Both the position numbers and the translations under genes were made by a program. The notes under the pieces are model-generated. The model had not been told where the DNA came from. It did not search any database and saw nothing but the letters and a program-made list of their open reading frames with translations. Positions 57,449 through 64,000 of a stretch of 64,000 nt of DNA are shown here, piece by piece. The stretch is from an uncultured Pseudanabaenaceae cyanobacterium (lineage in GTDB: Bacteria > Cyanobacteriota > Cyanobacteriia > PCC-9006 > JAAUQQ01), in the NCBI GenBank assembly GCA_938017515.1, contig CALIJJ010000065.1, positions 1,177-65,176 on the forward strand. The letters are read 5' to 3'. Position 1 is the stretch's first letter. The number at the start of each line of letters is the position of its first letter.

Positions 57449-58582
57449 CTAGGTCGCCATGGCCGACAACACCTGATGAATCGTCTCCCGAGGAACATCA
57501 TCGGTAATCAGGACCGAGCCGATCGCCTGGGGCAAAATGAACCGAACTTTCCCTGCTTTCACTTTCTTGTCACTTTGCAACGCTGCAATAATGTCATCCA
57601 GGTCTAAGCCTGCTGGGAGCTGCGTGGGTAGGCCGGTCTTTTGAATCAACGCCAGCTGACGAGCATTGGACTCTGCATCCCACAGCCCCAGGGCAACGGC
57701 AATGCCCCCGGCTGCCACCATGCCAATGCCCACGGCTTCGCCGTGATTAACCACGCTATAGCCTGTCAGACTTTCCACCGCGTGACCAATGGTGTGGCCG
57801 TAGTTGAGGATAGCCCGCAGCCCAGACTCCTTTTCGTCTTTGCTCACGACCTCTGCCTTGGCTCGGCAGGAGTGGTTCAAAATGGCCGAGAGCAATTCTG
57901 GAGAAACACCACCGAAGCTATCAAGGCTTTCGCTATTTTCCAGGGCCTCAAATAATTCAGCGGACCAAATGATGCCGTACTTGATGACCTCCGCCATGCC
58001 AGCTCGAAACTCTCGTTCGGGCAGCGTTTTCAGCACCGTTGGATCAATCAGCACGAGCTTGGGCTGGTAGAAGGCGCCGATCAGATTTTTGCCCTTGGGA
58101 TGGTTCACACCGGTCTTGCCGCCAATGGACGCATCCACCATGGCCAGCAACGATGTGGGCACCTGAACAAAATTGATGCCCCGCAGCCAAGAGGCGGCAG
58201 AAAACCCCGTCATGTCACCCACCACGCCACCGCCAAGGGCCACCATGGTCGAGGAACGCTCTAGCTTATGGGCAAGGGCGCTGTCGTAGACCGCTTGGAT
58301 GGAGCCTAGATGCTTTTGGGACTCTCCCGCAGGAATCAAATGCGTGGCAACGTCAAATCCCGCCTGGGTGAGGGACTGCACCGCGCGATCGCCATAATGC
58401 TCAAAAATCTCTGGATTGGACACCAGCAAAACTTTCTGACCCAGCTTTAGCAAAGCACCGGCCGAACCATCGGGGGTCTGGGCCTCTCCCCTCATCCAGC
58501 GTCCAAGCTGGGGCAAACCATCAGGGGTGACCACAATGTCGTAGGACTGCTGGGGAAGTTCGACCGGGATAATCGCGTTCAT
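57449..58582 (-). CDS. aroB: 3-dehydroquinate synthase
   Basis: [48 protein letters not shown]. Confidence 0.96.
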   Translation of the reverse strand: MNAIIPVELPQQSYDIVVTPDGLPQLGRWMRGEAQTPDGSAGALLKLGQKVLLVSNPEIFEHYGDRAVQSLTQAGFDVATHLIPAGESQKHLGSIQAVYDSALAHKLERSSTMVALGGGVVGDMTGFSAASWLRGINFVQVPTSLLAMVDASIGGKTGVNHPKGKNLIGAFYQPKLVLIDPTVLKTLPEREFRAGMAEVIKYGIIWSAELFEALENSESLDSFGGVSPELLSAILNHSCRAKAEVVSKDEKESGLRAILNYGHTIGHAVESLTGYSVVNHGEAVGIGMVAAGGIAVALGLWDAESNARQLALIQKTGLPTQLPAGLDLDDIIAALQSDKKVKAGKVRFILPQAIGSVLITDDVPRETIHQVLSAMAT

Positions 58583-58733
58583 GGAAAAGCTTGGCTGGAA
58601 AAGCACAACAGACTGTTTGTCCATCCTATCGGATGCAGTTCAGGCGATAATGAGTCGTGGGATGGGAAGCAGGCTTAAATCGAGAACAGTCCATCCATCG
58701 GGCATGGCCCGAGGAAGGCACTCAGGCTCCAAA

Positions 58734-58765
58734 GCTCGATCGGAACGCTCGATCGGAACTCGATC
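58734..58765. repeat. 2.5 x 13-bp tandem repeat
   Basis: GCTCGATCGGAAC twice, then TCGATC. Confidence 0.88.
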
Positions 58766-58959
58766 AAAAACTGTTACCCGCTCCAATCAAGGGGATTTGC
58801 CATCTACGCTGAGAAGAAACTGGAAGCAACGCGGTTGAGTCAACCGCTCCAGTTGTTTGCCTAAGGCTAGCCGCCACCGCAGTGGAAGGCCATAACGGCC
58901 CATTGAGCGAGGCTCATTGAGCGCTAGGCAATGTTTGGTGACACTCGTTCAAAAATTCC

Positions 58960-61464
58960 ATGGCCTCGTCTGTCCCTCCCCATTCTGGCTCTCCGCCGAT
59001 TTCATCCTCTGGCTCATCATCAGGTTCTCCAGGCTTTTCAAGGGATTTCTCCTTGGGAGCTCCAGCAATTCCATCTGGGGAATGGGTGGGCGATCGCTAC
59101 CGCATTTTGCGCATCCTGGGTCAGGGCGGCTTTGGTCGCACCTACTTAGCCAAGGACAGCCAGCGGTTTGATGAAACCTGTGTCCTCAAAGAATTTGCAC
59201 CACAGCTCCAGCAGATGAAGGGGTTTGACCTGGACAAGGCCCAGCAACTATTCGAGCGAGAAGCGGGCGTCCTCTATCGTTTGGACCATCCCCAAATTCC
59301 CAAATTCCGAGAGCTGCACCAGCAAAACATCAATGGCTGGCACTATCTCTTTTTGGTACAGGATTACATCGAAGGACACACCTTCTTGGAATGGTTGGTG
59401 GATTGCCAGGGACGGGGGCTCACCCTCCAGGAAGGAGAGGTGGTGCGATTACTAAGACAAATTCTGCCAGTCCTGGACTACCTCCATCGCCGGGGGGTGA
59501 TCCATCGCGATATCTCACCGGATAACCTGATCCAACGTCAGGGAGACGGTCTACCAGTGTTAATTGATTTTGGTGCGGTGAAACAGGCCGCCGCCACCGT
59601 TCTCTCAGAATTTTCAGGGTCAAACACCGGCGGCAGAGCCGCTAGCACCACAGCCAACGCGAAGCCTTCAGAGCCCCATCCCCTTTTTCAGGGCACCCGC
59701 TTGGGCAAACTGGGCTATTCGCCGCCAGAACAGATGCAGTACGGCACTGCCTTTCCCCACAGCGACATCTACGCCCTAGGCGCCACGGCACTGACGCTGC
59801 TCAGCGGTCTGGAGCCACAAATGTTGATGGATCCCCATACGCTGGAATGGACCTGGAAAGAATCCCTACAGCTCCAGCCAGAGTTTGTGCAGTTTTTAAG
59901 CCAGATGGTGGCACTACGCCCCGCCGATCGCTATCCCTCAGCGGCGATCGCCCTACAGGCCCTCGATCGTCTGCTCCCTGCAACGGAGCCCGACATCGAT
60001 CCTCAGTTTTCCACGCTATTCACCCAGCCCGGCGGCTTGGGTCGCGGAGTCTCCCAGGGGTCCTCAACGTCCCCGGACGATGCCTCCTGGGCACAAACCA
60101 TTCCCCACGAAACCCAAGCGTCTAATCCCCCCACCCCCCGTCCCCCCACTGCGACCTCACGACAAGCATCGTCAAACTCACGACAAGCAGCGTCCCCTTC
60201 TAAACCCTCAACATCCAATGCAGCAACCATCGCCATTGGCCAACCCAGACGGTCCGACTCAGCTGCATTTCAGACAACTCAGCCCACCAGCTTTATTTGG
60301 AATCCTTTAAGCCAAGGATTTTGGGGGCAAGGGTTTTGGGGAGAAGGATTTTGGAGACAAGGAAGCCAGAAGCAAGCATGGAAAGGGGAAGGCATTTCAC
60401 ATTCAGGGTTTTGGCCCACGTCTCTCCCAGACAAGGGCAGCCTCACCCTGCTGGGCCTAGGACTGTTGGGATTGCTAGGTGGTCTGGGACTGGGGCTCAA
60501 TGGACTGTCTTTGAGTGGGCCAATGTCCCAAGAGACGTCTGACGCCCAAACCGAACAGGCACTCCCCAAGCCCGAGCCTCCATCGCCAGAAGAGCAAGCA
60601 AGGGGCAAGCAGATTGAAAGCGCTCGCGCCGCCCTCGGAATTCCCCAGGACTTTTTCACCCAACTCATCGGTGAAGAATTTGCCCAGCGTTATCCCGCAT
60701 CGGTTACCAAACCCTTAGCGTTGCTGCAACAAGACCCGCCCATCGCCGACGAAACCATACGACGAGCCGAACAACAGGGCATCGCTCAGATCTGGCTAGA
60801 ACGTCTGGAATTCCTCAGTGCCACGGGGCGATCGCGCCTAGGGGACTACGACGCAGACGACTGGCAAACCTGGCTCGGTCAAGCCAGTCAACGCAATATT
60901 GATGCCGAGGAGTTTCGCCAGCAGGTCAATGCAGAGTTCAGCGATCGCTTTACCGGCGTTGATCTCCCGGCAGCCGTACTTCAATGGGATCACGATGCAG
61001 CCACCATGCCCAATCCGGTCTCAGCCCTCACGCAAATATGGCTCGCGATTGCGGCGGAAAAGGCAGGGGCGATCGCCAAGCAAACCACTGCCCAAACCTC
61101 GACCACAGCGCCCCAAGCGACTGATTCCACAGCCCAACGCTCAACCATTGCCATTGACGCCGCCGGTAATGGTTACCATCGCGCCACCCTCTCGTCACAG
61201 CAACGCAGTATCAGCAGCGTCTCGCTGCGCCAGGGACAGCGTCTGCGGATCACCTTAGAATCCAACAATCTAGCTGCACTAAACCTCGCGATTTATCCCC
61301 CTGGACAAACCGCCTCGGCTGGAGGCACAGCCCTCCTCGCTCCCGCCTCTCAAAACTACTGGGAAGGAATTTTGCCCCAAACGGGCTCCTACGCGGTAAT
61401 TGTCACGTCCCAATCCCCAGAGCGCATCGACTACACACTCAATCTCATTGTCGAAAAAAATTGA
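58960..61464 (+). CDS. Membrane Ser/Thr protein kinase (kinase - linker - TM - extracytoplasmic domains)
   Basis: GQGGFG, VLKE, HRDISPDN, DFG, GYSPPEQ, SDIYALG; Leu/Gly-rich TM; C-terminal WEGILPQTGSY...YTL domain. Confidence 0.92.
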   Translation: MASSVPPHSGSPPISSSGSSSGSPGFSRDFSLGAPAIPSGEWVGDRYRILRILGQGGFGRTYLAKDSQRFDETCVLKEFAPQLQQMKGFDLDKAQQLFEREAGVLYRLDHPQIPKFRELHQQNINGWHYLFLVQDYIEGHTFLEWLVDCQGRGLTLQEGEVVRLLRQILPVLDYLHRRGVIHRDISPDNLIQRQGDGLPVLIDFGAVKQAAATVLSEFSGSNTGGRAASTTANAKPSEPHPLFQGTRLGKLGYSPPEQMQYGTAFPHSDIYALGATALTLLSGLEPQMLMDPHTLEWTWKESLQLQPEFVQFLSQMVALRPADRYPSAAIALQALDRLLPATEPDIDPQFSTLFTQPGGLGRGVSQGSSTSPDDASWAQTIPHETQASNPPTPRPPTATSRQASSNSRQAASPSKPSTSNAATIAIGQPRRSDSAAFQTTQPTSFIWNPLSQGFWGQGFWGEGFWRQGSQKQAWKGEGISHSGFWPTSLPDKGSLTLLGLGLLGLLGGLGLGLNGLSLSGPMSQETSDAQTEQALPKPEPPSPEEQARGKQIESARAALGIPQDFFTQLIGEEFAQRYPASVTKPLALLQQDPPIADETIRRAEQQGIAQIWLERLEFLSATGRSRLGDYDADDWQTWLGQASQRNIDAEEFRQQVNAEFSDRFTGVDLPAAVLQWDHDAATMPNPVSALTQIWLAIAAEKAGAIAKQTTAQTSTTAPQATDSTAQRSTIAIDAAGNGYHRATLSSQQRSISSVSLRQGQRLRITLESNNLAALNLAIYPPGQTASAGGTALLAPASQNYWEGILPQTGSYAVIVTSQSPERIDYTLNLIVEKN

Positions 61465-61516
61465 AGGAAAACCGGTTCGTTTTCCTGTTGATCTACAGAA
61501 GTATTGAGTCCCCCCC

Positions 61517-64000
61517 ATGACCTACTCAGGGTTTCCATCCCATCAATTTTCCAATCCCTATGCTCCGGCAATTCCGGTGGGCAGCTTGCTGGACAATCGT
61601 TACCGCGTTTTGCAGGTGCTGGGCCAGGGCGGCTTTGGCCGCACCTACAAGGCTGCAGACACCCATCGATTTGACGAAATCTGCGTCCTCAAGGAATTTG
61701 CGCCCCAGGTCAACAGCGAGAGCGGATTGGAATTGGCTCGGGACCTCTTTCAGCGAGAGGCAGGGGTACTTTATCGACTCAACCATCCCCAAATTCCCCG
61801 GTTTCGAGAACTGCGTCAGATTGAATCCGGCGGATTTTCCTACGTGGTCTTGATTCAGGACTTCATCGAAGGGCGGACCTATCGTGATCTGCTGAATCAA
61901 CAGCGTCAAAATCACTCCAATGCAAACCGCTCTAGCCAACCGAATGCCCCCAGTCCCCACAACTCTTCAGCCCAAAGCGGTCTGAGCATCGACAGCGTTG
62001 TTTTTTTGCTAAAGCAGCTTTTACCCGTTCTAGCCTACCTACACCAAAACGGCGTCATCCACCGCGATATCTCACCGGGCAACTTGATTCAGCGCCAAAG
62101 CGATGGACAACCCGTCTTGATTGACTTTGGTGCTGTCAAAAAAATGGTGGCTACGGTCATTTCCCAGGTTAGCGGCTTGCCGGAGACTGCCCAGGGGCAA
62201 AGCGGGCGTCAGAAGCAGAGCGCCATTCCCGTGGCACCGGGCACCTGCATCGGAAAACAGGGCTTTGCACCGCCGGAACAGTTCCAGTCGGGACAAGCCT
62301 TTCCCCATAGCGATCTCTACGCCCTGGGCGCAACGGCCCTGACGTTGTTGAGCGGGTCTGAACCGGGGGAGCTGATTAATCCCCACAATCTGGAATGGCA
62401 GTTTCCGCCTGCCGTGCTGGAATATCCCGGCCTGGCAGCAATACTGCAACGCATGGTGGCACTGAGACCGAGCGATCGCTACCTCTCCGCCACCCAAGTC
62501 CTACATGACCTCGAAAATAACCCCCTCGAAAACGGCCCCACGCCCCCGAAGCCACCCTCCCAGGCCCCTTGGCAGACCGTACCCGGCCCCGAGCTTGCGC
62601 AGGCCCATCCCCTTCCGCCTCACTCCCAACCCTCTCCAACCAGAGAAGCAAGCCAAGCCATGGCCTCTCCTGCCAGGGCCGGTGGTTCAACAGCAGCTCA
62701 CCGGTCTCCAGATCTCGGAAGCAGCCTCAAGCCCCCGGCCAAGCTCCCCAACCCCAACCACGAACAGCAGCAACGTCCCACCCCCTCTCCCAAACCGTCT
62801 CCAGACAAACCTGGAGCGAGCTGGGGCAAGCGCATAGGGCTGACGGGGCTCACCTGTTTCATCCTCGCTGGGGGCAGCATCCTGGGCCTTGGCATTTGGC
62901 AAGGACTCCAGCCCGCTGCCGATGACCCCAGCCCTGGCGATACAATCACCCAGGACACGCCAGCAGCGGCTCCCGATCCACAACTGCCTCCCGCCGAGCG
63001 TGCCCGCAAGCAGCGCATTTGGGAGCAACAATCGGCCCTAGGCGTTCCGGAGACCTACCTCAATCAGTTGGTCAACGACGACTTCTATCGGCAACACCCC
63101 GAGCTCAACGGTCGCAAGCTTAGCCGCTACGAAGCGGATCAGAGCCTACGGGACGAATGGGACTCCCTAGCCTTCGACTGGCTTGAGACCCTCAAGGCAT
63201 TGCCCAAGGCCCAGCGCAAAAAGCTGGGTAGCTATAACAATGGCGTGCGCGATCGCTGGATCACGCAAATCAACAAAAAACGCTTGGGCAGCCGTGCCCT
63301 CAACGATCTCACCAACGTCCATTTCCGTCAGGTCTTTCCCCAGCTCCCCCTCAGCGATCAAACCTCTGGACCCCAGGCCCAAATTTGGCGAGCGATCGCC
63401 GCTGAAACCGTCGAAAGCATTCTCCAAGGGGACGCTCTCCAAACCCTCAAGCTCAACGAGAACCAAACGATTCACAGCGGCAGCATCTCCGCGCATCGAG
63501 GTTTGGCCCACGTCATTGAGCTCAAGAAAGGTCAGCCGCTGACACTGACACTAGACAGTTCCGCGCCCCTAGACATGGCGTTTTATCCACCGCACAGCAA
63601 CCAAGCACCGCTGGTGCCGCTATCCAGTAGCACCGTGTGGGATGGCACATTGGAGACCGATGGATTTTATGAAGTTGTCCTGGTGGCCACGGGCAACACC
63701 GCGGTGGACTACACCCTAATGTTGGAGGTCACGCCTCCAGACATAACGCCAGGGGATAGTGACAGCCCCGGAGACGATGCGAGTCAAAACAGTGGACAGG
63801 GCGATAGCAATGGCGACCCTGATTCCCCCACAGATGCGGATGCGAGTTCCGATGAAACGGGCACAGATTCAGGCCAAACTCCAGGCCAAACTCCAGGCAA
63901 AGAAACCAACAACAGCTCAGGTATCGATCTCCCTGGAGATTCAGACAATTCCCCCGGGGCAGAGGGCTCCGATGGGAATAAGCCAGAAGCTCCAGTCGAT
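61517..64000 (+). CDS. Second paralogous membrane Ser/Thr kinase, runs off the window end (not in ORF track)
   Basis: Manual translation from ATG 61517: GQGGFGRTY, VLKEFAP, HRDISPGN, DFG, TM (IGLTGLTCFILAGGSILGLGIW), VDYTLMLEV, acidic tail; frame consistent at all points checked up to 64000. Confidence 0.9.
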   Translation, partial: MTYSGFPSHQFSNPYAPAIPVGSLLDNRYRVLQVLGQGGFGRTYKAADTHRFDEICVLKEFAPQVNSESGLELARDLFQREAGVLYRLNHPQIPRFRELRQIESGGFSYVVLIQDFIEGRTYRDLLNQQRQNHSNANRSSQPNAPSPHNSSAQSGLSIDSVVFLLKQLLPVLAYLHQNGVIHRDISPGNLIQRQSDGQPVLIDFGAVKKMVATVISQVSGLPETAQGQSGRQKQSAIPVAPGTCIGKQGFAPPEQFQSGQAFPHSDLYALGATALTLLSGSEPGELINPHNLEWQFPPAVLEYPGLAAILQRMVALRPSDRYLSATQVLHDLENNPLENGPTPPKPPSQAPWQTVPGPELAQAHPLPPHSQPSPTREASQAMASPARAGGSTAAHRSPDLGSSLKPPAKLPNPNHEQQQRPTPSPKPSPDKPGASWGKRIGLTGLTCFILAGGSILGLGIWQGLQPAADDPSPGDTITQDTPAAAPDPQLPPAERARKQRIWEQQSALGVPETYLNQLVNDDFYRQHPELNGRKLSRYEADQSLRDEWDSLAFDWLETLKALPKAQRKKLGSYNNGVRDRWITQINKKRLGSRALNDLTNVHFRQVFPQLPLSDQTSGPQAQIWRAIAAETVESILQGDALQTLKLNENQTIHSGSISAHRGLAHVIELKKGQPLTLTLDSSAPLDMAFYPPHSNQAPLVPLSSSTVWDGTLETDGFYEVVLVATGNTAVDYTLMLEVTPPDITPGDSDSPGDDASQNSGQGDSNGDPDSPTDADASSDETGTDSGQTPGQTPGKETNNSSGIDLPGDSDNSPGAEGSDGNKPEAPVD

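Larger units (their letters stand above)
1938..63400. repeat. Dispersed HIP1 octamers (GCGATCGC)
   Basis: More than 50 copies seen by eye throughout coding DNA, for example near 1938, 10501, 17086, 36841 and 44543. Confidence 0.95.

Noticed and set aside
899-63542. Numerous 60-270 aa ORFs overlapping annotated genes
   Set aside because: Antisense or alternate-frame shadows expected in GC-rich coding DNA, with no recognisable motifs.
61517-64000. Pseudogene or non-coding region (no long ORF listed)
   Set aside because: Manual translation shows an intact kinase frame. It is absent from the track only because the stop lies beyond the window.

Overview
Core-chromosome window of a cyanobacterium, shown by psbB/psbT/psbM, a canonical NtcA-type promoter and dozens of HIP1 GCGATCGC octamers. 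It holds about 50 mostly housekeeping CDSs. These include the desC and desA desaturases, spkA, anmK, ktrA/ktrB, tenA, purM, rlpA and the panC-cmk fusion. A nitrate-assimilation cluster has nirA (with a fused C-terminal 2Fe-2S ferredoxin), nirB, ntcB, cnaT and mobA, interrupted by a PatA-type regulator. Further on are psbM-ferredoxin-psbB-psbT-nrdR-rpsA-HAD-metK, a bioF-(orf)-bioK-like-bioC-bioD cluster, rsmI, three tRNAs (Arg-TCT, Thr-GGT, Tyr-GTA), aroQ, miaE, aroB and two tandem membrane Ser/Thr kinases. psbM, psbT and the last kinase are missing from the ORF track. I found no CRISPR array, prophage, IS element or defence island. The most striking unexplained signal is about 30 tandem duplications with unrelated sequences and a narrow unit length (12-18 bp, one 21 bp, mode about 15). 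Units inside genes are always multiples of 3; intergenic units are unconstrained. This suggests an active, fixed-geometry local duplication process. Other leads are a structured GNRA-capped leader in front of a conserved Arg/Gly-tailed protein, a stand-alone beta-barrel protein, a cupin/LysR pair and extra genes in the biotin cluster. All product calls come from motif and family recognition by eye, with no database searches.
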